A stretch of DNA of 64,000 nucleotides from Candidatus Limnocylindrales bacterium (GTDB taxonomy: Bacteria > Chloroflexota > Limnocylindria > Limnocylindrales > CSP1-4): contig DATCGV010000081.1 of NCBI GenBank assembly GCA_036508755.1, positions 67,062 through 131,061 of the forward strand, written 5' to 3'. The notes beneath the pieces were generated by a model that was not told the origin of the DNA, searched no databases, and worked only from the letters and a program-made list of their open reading frames with translations. The position numbers and the translations under genes were made by a program. This document shows, piece after piece, positions 44,736 through 53,781 of this stretch. Position 1 is the stretch's first letter, and the number at the start of each line of letters is the position of its first letter.

Positions 44736-46036
44736 CAGGATTCTCCGAAGGCATGCCGGGCGGCGGCGACGGTTTGGTCGATCTCGGCATCGGTGTGGGC
44801 GAAGCCGGGAAACCATGCCTCGAACTGAGACGGTGGCAGAAGCACGCCTTGCCTGAGCATCGCGCGGAAGAAGCGCGCATACGCACCACGGTCGGCGGCA
44901 AGTGCTTCCTGGCCGTTGTGCGGCGCGCCGGCCGTGAAGAAGACGGTCAGCAGCGGCCCGCATCGCCCTATCGACACCTGGCGCTGTGCGTCCCGGGCGG
45001 CATCCGCCAAGCCCAGTTCGAGGCGATTGACCCGCGTTCCCAGCGCGACGTAGCGCTGCTCCTCGAGTTGATCGAGGGTCGCGATGCCCGCGGCCATCGT
45101 CAGCGGATGGCCCGACAGCGTGCCCGCCTGGTAGACGGGGCCGATTGGGGCGACGAGGTTCATCAGCTCGGCGCGGCCGCCGTACGCGCCGACGGGCATG
45201 CCCCCGCCGATGATCTTGCCCAGCGTGGTCAGGTCCGGCGCGACGCCGAACATGGCCTGGGCGCCGCCGCGCGCCACGCGGAAGCCAGTGATGACCTCGT
45301 CGAAGACGAGCAGCGCTCCGTTGCGTCGCGTTACCTCGCGCAGGTGCTCCAGAAATCCGGGCGAGGGAGGGATGACGCCGGAATTGGCCACGATGGGCTC
45401 GACAATGACCGCGGCTATCAGCCCGTCGTGGGCTGCGAACGCCTGGTCGACCGCCGCCGGATCGTTGAATTCCAGCACGATCGTCGCTCCTGCGACGGAG
45501 GCTGGAACACCGGCGCTACCGGGGATCGCGAGCGTCGCGACGCCCGAGCCGGCGTCTGCCAGCAGCCCGTCGCTGTGACCGTGGTATGCCCCGGCGAACT
45601 TGACGAGCAGGTCGCGTCCCGTGGCGGCGCGTGCCACGCGCACAGCGCTCATCACGGCCTCAGTGCCGCTGGAGGTGAAGCGCAGCTTCTCGAGCCCGGG
45701 CATCGCGCTGCGAATGCGCTCGCCGAGCTCGACTTCCAGTGGGTGCGTCGCGCCGAACGCGAAACCGGCTAACGCCGCCTGGCGAACGGCACTGACCACG
45801 GCCGGATCGGCGTGGCCCAGAATGTGTGGCCCCCAGCCGGCGATCAGGTCGATGTAGCGGCGGCCGTCGGCATCCCAGACGTAAGCACCCTCCCCGCGCG
45901 TGATCAGCAGCGGTTCGCCGCCCACGGCTCCGAAGGCACGCACCGGAGAGTTCACTCCACCCGGGAAGATGGCCTCGGCACGCTCGCGCAGCATCTGCTG
46001 CGCGAGCGCTGGGGCCGTCTCGCTACTCATCGTCAT
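44735..46036 (-). CDS. hemL: glutamate-1-semialdehyde 2,1-aminomutase
   Basis: FPGGVNSPVRAF, SGTEAVMSAVRVARA, FDEVITGFR, LGKIIGGGMPVGAYGG. ATG at 46036; the track ORF to 46552 is trimmed. Confidence 0.92.
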   Translation of the reverse strand: MTMSSETAPALAQQMLRERAEAIFPGGVNSPVRAFGAVGGEPLLITRGEGAYVWDADGRRYIDLIAGWGPHILGHADPAVVSAVRQAALAGFAFGATHPLEVELGERIRSAMPGLEKLRFTSSGTEAVMSAVRVARAATGRDLLVKFAGAYHGHSDGLLADAGSGVATLAIPGSAGVPASVAGATIVLEFNDPAAVDQAFAAHDGLIAAVIVEPIVANSGVIPPSPGFLEHLREVTRRNGALLVFDEVITGFRVARGGAQAMFGVAPDLTTLGKIIGGGMPVGAYGGRAELMNLVAPIGPVYQAGTLSGHPLTMAAGIATLDQLEEQRYVALGTRVNRLELGLADAARDAQRQVSIGRCGPLLTVFFTAGAPHNGQEALAADRGAYARFFRAMLRQGVLLPPSQFEAWFPGFAHTDAEIDQTVAAARHAFGES

Positions 46037-46737
46037 CGTCCGCGAGCCGCGGCGAGACTCCTGCCAGAGAGCATGCCAAGGATGTCGCCGAGCGGTCGGT
46101 GAATGCCTGTGATGATCGGCGTGTCGCGCGTTGTCGCCCGTCGGCTCTCGGTCTCGCGCATCTCGCGGACGAGGTCCTGGAACGCGACGAGGTCGTCCGT
46201 CTCGTATGCGACGATGAACTCCTGGTCGTCGACCCCGAACGAGTGGGCGAGCAGCTGACGGACCTGTGGGTAGCGATGGCCAACCTTCATGTGCCCGGCC
46301 ATGACCTTCTGCCGGTCCTCCGCCGGAGTGAGATACCACTCGACCGACTTGCTGAACGGATAGACGATCAAGTAGCGCGAGCGCTCGCCCTCGAACAGGC
46401 TCTGCTCCTGGCCTGTGGGCCGCTTGACGTACTGCGACGGCCGCGTAATGCCGATCAATGAGATGTGCGGTGTCAGCCACCGCCCGATGCCCGCCGACAG
46501 CAGCGCCGCCGCCGATTGCTCCAGGTCGTCGATCGTGTCGGCCATACGCCAAAGCAGGATGTCGCCCTCTGTGCGCAGGCCGATCGTCGAGTAGGAATGC
46601 TGCGTCACGCGCCGCGCGGCGCTGTCGGCTGCCGAGCAGAGGGCCTTGACGTCTGCCTCGCGCTCGCGCGCCGAAAGACGACGCCAGGCCGGATCGAGCG
46701 ACAGCAGCCAGGCGTGAACGTAGCGCTCGCCGCTCAC
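46033..46737 (-). CDS. hemQ: chlorite-dismutase-family coproheme decarboxylase (HemQ/ChdC)
   Basis: 234 aa, with YLIVYPFSKSVEWYL, MAGHMKVGHRY and FIVAYETDDL. The GTG start overlaps the hemB stop (GTGA). Confidence 0.85.
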   Translation of the reverse strand: MSGERYVHAWLLSLDPAWRRLSAREREADVKALCSAADSAARRVTQHSYSTIGLRTEGDILLWRMADTIDDLEQSAAALLSAGIGRWLTPHISLIGITRPSQYVKRPTGQEQSLFEGERSRYLIVYPFSKSVEWYLTPAEDRQKVMAGHMKVGHRYPQVRQLLAHSFGVDDQEFIVAYETDDLVAFQDLVREMRETESRRATTRDTPIITGIHRPLGDILGMLSGRSLAAARGR

Positions 46738-47789
46738 GTCCCGGCCTCCTCGCTCAACCAGTTGCAGACATCCGTCGCGGCGTAGGTGATGACGATGTCG
46801 GCGCCGGCGCGCGCTATTCCAGTCAGCGCTTCGAGCGTCGCCCGCCTCCGGTCCAGCCAGCCGCGCTCGGCCGCGGCGGCGAGCATCGCGTACTCGCCCG
46901 AGACCTGATATGCCGCGATCGGCAGGTCCCAGCGCGCACGCGCCTCGGCGATCAGGTCCAGCTGCGGGAGGGCGGGCTTGATCATCACGATGTCGGCGTC
47001 CTCGTCCACGTCGAGCGCGATCTCGCGCATCGCCTCACGCCGATTGGCCGGATCCATTTGGTAGCCGCGCCGGTCACCAAAAGCGGGCGTACTCCCGGCC
47101 GCGTCGCGAAACGGTCCATAGAACGCCGACGCGGCCTTGGCGGCGTAGGCCATGACCACCGTCTGAGTGAGTCGCGCGTCGTCGAGCGCGGCACGAATCG
47201 CGCTGACCTGGCCGTCCATCATCGCGCTGGGGGCGACTATGTCGGCGCCAGCTTGGGCCTGAGCGACTGCCGTTCGTGCCAGCACTGCAAGCGTCAGGTC
47301 GTTGTCGACCTCGCCATCCGTCGTCATTGGCCCGCAGTGACCGTGGCTCGTGTACTCGCACAGGCATGTATCGGCAACCAGGGCGAGCGGCAGATCTGCG
47401 GTGTGCAATAGCCGGAGTGCCTGCTGCACGACGCCATCTCTAGCCCACGCGCCAGATCCCTGCTCATCCTTATCGTCGGGAACACCGAACAGGATCACGC
47501 CGCCAATGCCGAGGCGGGCGTAACGCTCGGCGTCGCGCAGCGCCTCGTCGGCCGATACGTGATCGACGCCGGGAAGCGATGAGATGGGCCGTCTGATCCC
47601 AGTGCCCGGCCGGACGAAGATCGGCGCGACGAGCATTTTCGGGTGCAGACGCGTCTCGCGAACCAGATCCCGCAAGGCGCCCGTGCGCCGTAGGCGTCGC
47701 GGTCGATCGGTGGGCGCGAACCCCGTGCCTGCGTCGGGCTGATCGCGCGCGACCGAGGTTCCGGGCGTACCCCGCTCGACGGTCGTCAT
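46734..47789 (-). CDS. hemB: porphobilinogen synthase (Zn-type)
   Basis: RPRRLRRT, DTCLCEYTSHGHCG (Cys-rich Zn site), PSAMMDGQV, YAAKAASAFYGPFR. ATG at 47789; the track start at 47957 is trimmed. Confidence 0.92.
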   Translation of the reverse strand: MTTVERGTPGTSVARDQPDAGTGFAPTDRPRRLRRTGALRDLVRETRLHPKMLVAPIFVRPGTGIRRPISSLPGVDHVSADEALRDAERYARLGIGGVILFGVPDDKDEQGSGAWARDGVVQQALRLLHTADLPLALVADTCLCEYTSHGHCGPMTTDGEVDNDLTLAVLARTAVAQAQAGADIVAPSAMMDGQVSAIRAALDDARLTQTVVMAYAAKAASAFYGPFRDAAGSTPAFGDRRGYQMDPANRREAMREIALDVDEDADIVMIKPALPQLDLIAEARARWDLPIAAYQVSGEYAMLAAAAERGWLDRRRATLEALTGIARAGADIVITYAATDVCNWLSEEAGT

Positions 47790-49471
47790 TCGACAACTCC
47801 CGCGCTCTCGGATCCATGTTGTCTGGAGGCCAGCAGCTCCGCGACGAGCTCGCTGAGCACGCCAGGGTCCGGAGATGTCGCGACCGCTACCGTGTCGCAC
47901 CAGCCCCGTGTGGCGGCAAGTGCCGTGCGCGGGCCGACACAGACAGCGGGCACACAACGCAAATCGTGTTCGTAGGCGTGGCTTGCGATAGCCAGCAATC
48001 CCTGAACGGCCGATGGACTGGTGAAGATGACGGCGTCGATCGGACCCTGGGCCATGGCGTCATCGAGCAGCGCTCGCGAGCTCTCCGGGCCGACAATCGT
48101 TCGGTAGACGGCGACTGCGGTAACGATGGCGCCTCGTGACTCAAGAGCTGCGGCGAGACCGTCGTCGGCGAGGTCGCCGCGCGCCCACAGCACGCGCTGA
48201 CCGGCGATGAGCGGAAGCTCGCCGCCCATCGAGTCGGCGTTGGCGACCGTCGGGAACCACACGTCCGTGACACCCGACGCGTTCAGCTCGCGCGCCGTCT
48301 GTCTGCCGACGGCTGCCCAGCGCGGTCCGGACAGACCCGCGCCAAGGCGCTGAGCGGCCCGCGCCACCGCGCGCGCGCCGTTCACGCTGGTGACGATGCC
48401 CCACTCGAACGAGGCGATGTCGAGCAGCACCTCGTCGAGCTGGGCCGTCTGGTCGAGCAGCTCGACCTCGATTGTCGGCACGACGACCGCGGTCAGGCCC
48501 TGCTCGGCCAGGCGCGCCACGAGCGTGCCGGCATCCGTTTGGGGTCGCGTGACGAGGACTCGGCGCGCGTTGATAGCCGCTGAGCGACGCGCAACCAGCC
48601 GGGCGGCCAAATTCTCAGCCAGCGCGTCGCGCTCGTCGACGGTTCCCGAAACTGCGTCGAGTCCCGCCGCCCGGCCGTCGACCGTGGCAAAGCCGCCGAG
48701 TATCTCCAGGCGACTGTCGGTGACGCTCGCCAATGCCCCGATCGGCGCGCGGCAGCCGCCGCCCGTGGCATTGAGGAAAGCTCGTTCGGCCTCCACCGCG
48801 ACGCGTGTGGGGAAGTCATCCACGCACGCCACTATCTTCCGCGCGGCCTCGTCATCGTCTCGGATCTGAACGGCAATGGCGCCTTGGCCGGGCGCGGGAG
48901 GGATCACCTCGGCGGCGATGAGCTGACTGATCCGATCTGCACGTCCGAGGCGGATCAAACCGGCAGCGGCCAGAAGCAGAGCACCGCCCGCACCATCGTC
49001 GAGCCGCCGCAGACGCGTGTCCACGTTGCCGTGGATGGGCTTGACCACGAGATCAGGCCGGTGCGAACGCAGGAAGCCCGCCCGGCGCGGGCTGTCGGTC
49101 CCAATGGTCGTGCCAGCCGCCAGCGTGTCAAGCGAGCCCGTCTCGCCAGCGGGCAGCACAAGCGCGTCGCGCGGCTCCGCGCGCGGCAGGAACGCGCCAA
49201 CGATCAGCCCTGGATGGGTCTCGGTCGGAAGGTCCTTGGCACTGTGAATGGCGACGTCGATCTCGCCGGTAACGAGCGCGCGCTCGATGGCAGTCACGAA
49301 GGCGCCCTCTCCCCAGGCGGTGTCAACGGCGCGCTTGTCGCCCGCGGTCTCGATTGTGACGATCTCGTGCTGAACGCCGCGGCCATCGAGTGCGCTGGCG
49401 ACGAGATGCGCTTGCGCAAGAGCAAGCGCGCTGCCGCGTGTGCCCAAGCGCAGGATCCGCGGCTCGTTCAC
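47786..49471 (-). CDS. hemC: fused hydroxymethylbilane synthase / uroporphyrinogen-III synthase
   Basis: The N-terminal ~300 aa are HemC (LRLGTRGSALALAQA, IHSAKDLP, GNVDTRL, GGCRAPIGA). The C-terminal ~255 aa are HemD-like (RVLVTRPQTDAG.., IVTSVNGA.., VIFTSPSAV). Confidence 0.88.
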   Translation of the reverse strand: MNEPRILRLGTRGSALALAQAHLVASALDGRGVQHEIVTIETAGDKRAVDTAWGEGAFVTAIERALVTGEIDVAIHSAKDLPTETHPGLIVGAFLPRAEPRDALVLPAGETGSLDTLAAGTTIGTDSPRRAGFLRSHRPDLVVKPIHGNVDTRLRRLDDGAGGALLLAAAGLIRLGRADRISQLIAAEVIPPAPGQGAIAVQIRDDDEAARKIVACVDDFPTRVAVEAERAFLNATGGGCRAPIGALASVTDSRLEILGGFATVDGRAAGLDAVSGTVDERDALAENLAARLVARRSAAINARRVLVTRPQTDAGTLVARLAEQGLTAVVVPTIEVELLDQTAQLDEVLLDIASFEWGIVTSVNGARAVARAAQRLGAGLSGPRWAAVGRQTARELNASGVTDVWFPTVANADSMGGELPLIAGQRVLWARGDLADDGLAAALESRGAIVTAVAVYRTIVGPESSRALLDDAMAQGPIDAVIFTSPSAVQGLLAIASHAYEHDLRCVPAVCVGPRTALAATRGWCDTVAVATSPDPGVLSELVAELLASRQHGSESAGVVE

Positions 49472-50592
49472 AGCCGAAACAACTCTTTCGCCGCACGGAC
49501 GTGGCTGTCGTCGCCTTCCCGTCCCAGCTGCTCTAGCGGGTCGCGCAGCAGGCTCTCCGTCAAGTGGTCGAGCGCTCGGGCGACCTCGGCACGCTCCCCG
49601 TCATCGAGCGTTGGGACCCTGTGCCATAGACGTTCCAGCTCGGCCGATTCAACCGCTCGCGCTCGCGAGGTAAGCGCCTCTGCAGCATCGCGGCGCGTCT
49701 CGTTCGCGGCCCAGCGTTCGAACTGGCCGACCGTCTCCGCGATCAAAGCGTCCAGCCGGGCCAGCAGCGTCTGCGACGGCACGTCCGCAGAGCCGGCAGC
49801 GGCAAGGTCGTCGATCGTCAGCAGCCGCTCACCAAGCGCCTGGGCAAAACCGTGCTCGAGCGCCGGCGGCGAGGAAACATCCACGATCCACGCATCGGCA
49901 GCAAGCAATCCGTCGGTCGTGGCTCGCTCGATCGCCCAGCCACCCTTCAGCGCAACGACGACACCGGCCATGTCAGTAAACACCGCCGGTCCCGGATCGA
50001 AAGCTATCTCAGCAACGCCGAACTTGAGCGCGGCCCCGCGTGAGCTCTCGCTGGTGTGGCTGGCGACGCTGACCGTTGCACCTCGTGAGTGCAGATGCGC
50101 TATCGCCGCACGGCCCATCTCGCCCGTGCCCACTACCAGCATCCGTTGGCCATGCAGGTCCTGCCGGCCAGTTACGCGCGCAAGGGCCAGGTCCATAAGG
50201 CTCGGACGGCGCGCCGGCAGCCAGCTGCGCGCCCGCCGTCCAGCGCTCAATGCGAGGTCAAGGAGGCGATCGAGCTCGGACGACAGATGGCCGCCGGCGC
50301 GCGCAGACTGGGTCGCTCGGCGAAGTTGGTGGAGTATCTGGTCTTCCGCGACGACGGATGAGTCGCGACCTACCGCGACAGTCACCAGGTGATCCGCAAC
50401 GTCGCGCCCGAGCAGCATACGTACGCTGGCCGGCGCCTCCGCATGGATGTCGCCAATGGCGGCCGGCGTCCCGTACAGCTCGACGCGGTGGCAGGTTTCG
50501 AGTAACAGGGTGCCCGGCTGTCGCAGCTCATGCCATGAAGCGGCGATCCTGGCGCGTTCCTCGCCGGGCATCCAGCGCGCGTTGGTCAGCAT
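49468..50592 (-). CDS. hemA: glutamyl-tRNA reductase
   Basis: LLLETCHRVELY (catalytic Cys context), GRDSSVVAEDQILHQ, NAD site VVGTGEMG. Short N-terminus. The stop overlaps the hemC/D GTG. Confidence 0.85.
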   Translation of the reverse strand: MLTNARWMPGEERARIAASWHELRQPGTLLLETCHRVELYGTPAAIGDIHAEAPASVRMLLGRDVADHLVTVAVGRDSSVVAEDQILHQLRRATQSARAGGHLSSELDRLLDLALSAGRRARSWLPARRPSLMDLALARVTGRQDLHGQRMLVVGTGEMGRAAIAHLHSRGATVSVASHTSESSRGAALKFGVAEIAFDPGPAVFTDMAGVVVALKGGWAIERATTDGLLAADAWIVDVSSPPALEHGFAQALGERLLTIDDLAAAGSADVPSQTLLARLDALIAETVGQFERWAANETRRDAAEALTSRARAVESAELERLWHRVPTLDDGERAEVARALDHLTESLLRDPLEQLGREGDDSHVRAAKELFRL

Positions 50593-50609
50593 CCCGGCGA
50601 GATCCGAGA

Positions 50610-51314
50610 TCAGGAGCCCCCTTTCTTGCCGCTGCCCACCGCGCGATCTGTGCCGTACTTCGCTGTCGCCCGTCCTACCCCGTGGCCGGCCATCGCCGAC
50701 ATCAGCAGGCGGTCCATTGCGCGCTCGGTGCGATCGACGAGGTCGGAGGTCGCCGATACGTCCAGGCCGCGGTTCGACGCCGAAGCCGTCAGCTGGTGCA
50801 GGAAAGGACGGCGGAACTGGAGGAAGCCTTCGACTGCCTGGCTGAGTGACAGGCCCAGCTCGGCAGCCATCCGCCCGTAATCGGCCGCACCCTCCGATGC
50901 TTGGCGCAGGCTCTCGACCCGCGCGTCGTCATCGGTGGTGTCGAGATGGACAAGGAGGTGCTCGGCCAGCCGTCGACCGTGAGTCCTGAACCACGCGCGT
51001 TGGGACTCGGTTAGTCCGCCCAGCCAGGGCATGGTCTCGACGGCGTCGCGCGCTTCCTGGCGATACGCGCGTGTGACGCGCGCAATGGTTAGACCCGCGC
51101 GACGAAGCGTGGGACGGGGGGTGCGATCGGACGGCATGAGACTTTCCAGCGCCACGCGCCGATAGCGGCGATGGCCGCCGGGCGTGGTGAATGCCGTTAC
51201 CTGGCCGGAGTCGCTCCAGCGACGTAGCGTGCCGGGGGCGACCCCCAGCATGCGGCTCGCCTCACCGAGGGCAATCCACTCAGAGCGCTTGGTGCCACGA
51301 CGAAATCTCACCAA
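50610..51314 (-). CDS. MerR/excisionase-type HTH DNA-binding protein with uncharacterised helical C-terminal domain
   Basis: IALGEASRMLGVAPGTLRRWSDSGQVTAFTTPGGHRRY is the HTH. About 170 aa of helical sequence with no recognised motif follow. It ends 17 nt upstream of hemA. GTG start. Confidence 0.7.
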   Translation of the reverse strand: MVRFRRGTKRSEWIALGEASRMLGVAPGTLRRWSDSGQVTAFTTPGGHRRYRRVALESLMPSDRTPRPTLRRAGLTIARVTRAYRQEARDAVETMPWLGGLTESQRAWFRTHGRRLAEHLLVHLDTTDDDARVESLRQASEGAADYGRMAAELGLSLSQAVEGFLQFRRPFLHQLTASASNRGLDVSATSDLVDRTERAMDRLLMSAMAGHGVGRATAKYGTDRAVGSGKKGGS

Positions 51315-51366
51315 ATCTACGCAAGACTACCAGAATCTCCCATGCGTCTCGCGAGCCGCCCTTTGG

Positions 51367-52227
51367 TTAGTGGATCTGGCCGTGGCCGGGTTCGCTGCCC
51401 CTCTCTCTTAGGAAGCGCTCGATGTCGCTGATCAGCTCGTCACCGGCCGGCAGACGCGACTCGTCGACCATCGTCTCGAGCCGCTCGACATAGCTGCGCG
51501 TCTTTTCGTCGTCGGCCGTTGCCGCGTCGAGTCGGTTGCGCAGCAGGGTCGCCTCGGCACGCAGCGCGCCGACCTCGATGGGCACGTCAAGGTGCTGGCT
51601 GAGCGTGTCGAGCAGCGCGATGGCAGCAGGCGCGTACTCGCCACTGATGTAATGGGGGACCTGGGCGAAGTAGCCGATCGTGGGTACGCCCGCGTCGGCG
51701 ATCGAGATGTCGAGCACGGAAACGCACGCAGCCGGCACGCGCAGCAGGCCGGCCGGGCCGGGCTGGACGTTGGCACGCAGCAGGCCGGGGCTGGATTCGG
51801 TACCCAGGATCGGCACGGGCCGCGTGTGGGGCACGGCCGCCGGAATGGCACCCAGCGTGATCCATTGGGCGACGTCGAGCTGGCGCGAGAACGAGATCAG
51901 GTCATCGGCCACCTCGCGCCAGCGAAAATCCGGCTCCGGGCCGCTGAGCACGAGCACGTCGCGATCGTGCAGGATGGTGCGCCGCACGGCAAGCTCCGGC
52001 CAGTCCAGGTTCGATGGGCGGCCGTCAACGATGTCCAGCGTCGGCCTTCGAGCACGGTAGTCGTACAGGACGTCGGCTTCGAAGGTCGCCACCGGCGGGG
52101 CGTCCGAATCGACAATTGCCTCGAGCGCGTTCGTCGCCGCGGAGCCCGCGTCGACCCAGGCATCGAACGCGACGACGACCGTCGGCGCGACGATGTCGTG
52201 CAGGTCATGGATGCGCAGGAGAGCCAC
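51367..52227 (-). CDS. PAC2 (proteasome assembly chaperone 2-like) family protein
   Basis: VVVAFDAWVDAGSAA, VLVLSGPEPDFRW, GYFAQVPHY. GTG start. Confidence 0.7.
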   Translation of the reverse strand: MALLRIHDLHDIVAPTVVVAFDAWVDAGSAATNALEAIVDSDAPPVATFEADVLYDYRARRPTLDIVDGRPSNLDWPELAVRRTILHDRDVLVLSGPEPDFRWREVADDLISFSRQLDVAQWITLGAIPAAVPHTRPVPILGTESSPGLLRANVQPGPAGLLRVPAACVSVLDISIADAGVPTIGYFAQVPHYISGEYAPAAIALLDTLSQHLDVPIEVGALRAEATLLRNRLDAATADDEKTRSYVERLETMVDESRLPAGDELISDIERFLRERGSEPGHGQIH

Positions 52228-52266
52228 GCACGAAGGATAGGCCGAGGCGTCGTTGGGTCGTTCCGA

Positions 52267-53112
52267 TCACAGGCGGCGCCGCGGCTTGCGCAGAATGTCC
52301 GCCGCCGGTCCGTTGAAGAGCAGCTCGATCAGCTCGACGAAGAGCTGCTCCACATCGAACCCTGCGCGCTGGCGCTCGAACCAGTCGTGCACGTTGTGCA
52401 GGTCGCGGTAGAGCAGGTCGGGCGCGTGCGGGTTGTTGAATGAATCGACCGCCTGTGGAAAGTCAATGACGACCATGCGGCCGTGCCACCAGAGCATGTT
52501 GTAGACGGACAGGTCGCCGTGGACGATGTGCGCGCCGGCCAGCGCGCGCAGCGTGCCGGGAAGCTGGTCGCGGGCTGCGCGCGCCTCGTCCGCCGAAAGA
52601 TGTGCGCTGGCGACGCGTGGCGCAGCGCCGCCCCCGTCGCCGATGTACTCCATGAGCACGCCGTCCTCGGTCAGCTCGACCGCGAACGGCACTGACGCGC
52701 CGGCAGTCCAGGCCTTGTCCAGCGTCTCGAACTCGAGCGCCGGCCACGCTGCAGCGGCGAGCTCGTGGCCGAACTTCGAGTTCTGCTCGAGGGCTTTTCG
52801 GTCGCGCGCCTTGAGCGCCCAGCCGGCTGAGTAGACCGAGTCGGCTCGGTAGATCGTGCCCTTTGAGAAGCCGAGCGCCTCGAGCTCGCCCTTCTTTGGA
52901 TAGCGCGGCCTGTAGCGCTTGTGCGCCAGCAGGCAGGACGAACCGTCGTCGGCGACGCGCTCGACCAGGAAGACCTCGGCCTCCTTGCCCGACTTGAGCA
53001 CGCCCGCGTCGCGGTCCTCGTATGAGTGGGTGATCAACCATGGTGGCGCCGGCCGTTCGTCGGCCAGCAGGTGAAGAGACAAAGCAAAGCTCCGGGTACG
53101 TGTTGGGAACAA
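52267..53112 (-). CDS. RIO-type serine protein kinase
   Basis: LKSGKEAEVFLV, VLMEYIG, IVHGDLSVYNMLW, VVIDFPQAV. The TTG start is uncertain. Confidence 0.8.
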   Translation of the reverse strand: MFPTRTRSFALSLHLLADERPAPPWLITHSYEDRDAGVLKSGKEAEVFLVERVADDGSSCLLAHKRYRPRYPKKGELEALGFSKGTIYRADSVYSAGWALKARDRKALEQNSKFGHELAAAAWPALEFETLDKAWTAGASVPFAVELTEDGVLMEYIGDGGGAAPRVASAHLSADEARAARDQLPGTLRALAGAHIVHGDLSVYNMLWWHGRMVVIDFPQAVDSFNNPHAPDLLYRDLHNVHDWFERQRAGFDVEQLFVELIELLFNGPAADILRKPRRRL

Positions 53113-53343
53113 CGCGACGGCACACGCCGGCCGTACCGGAGCTGTAAGTCGAGATGAGCGGGCAGTCAGCCTCGCTCGGAAATCGCGGCGCTGCGAGAGC
53201 GCGCGACGGACTAGTTGCCCGGGTCAACCTCCGGCCAGCCGGAAAGGGCGGTCGCTGTGACTGTCATCAGACCTCTCCCTTCGAGCTGCGGCGGTGGTGA
53301 GCGGTCGAAGTGTGCCCGATCTGCGCCCGCGGCGCAAGCCGTA

Positions 53344-53781
53344 TCACTCTTCGAGCGGTCCGCGTCTCTTCGGCAGCCAGCCACCACGGCCGGCACGCAC
53401 GTTGACGGGCTCGATGACGAACACCTCGCGCGGGTTCTCGCGCCGGCGATACGGGGCGCCCGTGTAGCGCATGGACATGCGGTCGATGAACTCGAGATCC
53501 ACGTCCGGTCGAATGTCAACGACGCGGCCGCGGACGATGACGAAGCGCCAGTCATCGTAATGGTCGACGACCGACACCGAGACCTGCGGGTTGGCGCGCC
53601 AGTTCGCAGCTTTGCGCGAGCCTACGGGCGAGCTGGTCAGCACGTGCTCACCGTCCCAGTCGATCCACATCAGGTTGGTGGCGATGCTGCCATCGCGCCG
53701 CAGTGAGGAGACGCTGCCGATGTGGTCAGAGGTCAGCAGGTAGAGCAGATCCTCGGGGATCGTCGGTCGTTCGTCGTCCAT
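53344..53781 (-). CDS. pyridoxamine 5'-phosphate oxidase-family (PPOX class, possibly F420-dependent) protein
   Basis: IPEDLLYLLTSDHIGSVSSLRRDGSIATNLMW, VSVSVVD, WRFVIVRGRV. Confidence 0.7.
   Translation of the reverse strand: MDDERPTIPEDLLYLLTSDHIGSVSSLRRDGSIATNLMWIDWDGEHVLTSSPVGSRKAANWRANPQVSVSVVDHYDDWRFVIVRGRVVDIRPDVDLEFIDRMSMRYTGAPYRRRENPREVFVIEPVNVRAGRGGWLPKRRGPLEE

Noticed and set aside
43689-45772. 379-aa and 339-aa plus-strand ORFs across hemE and hemL
   Set aside because: They are antisense to unmistakable heme-biosynthesis genes and have no motifs of their own.
53211-53267. 18-codon upstream ORF (MTVTATALSGWPEVDPGN) with strong SD ahead of the RIO kinase gene
   Set aside because: It is too short to evaluate by composition, and I cannot check conservation. 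It is mentioned under the PAC2/RIO finding but not called as a feature.
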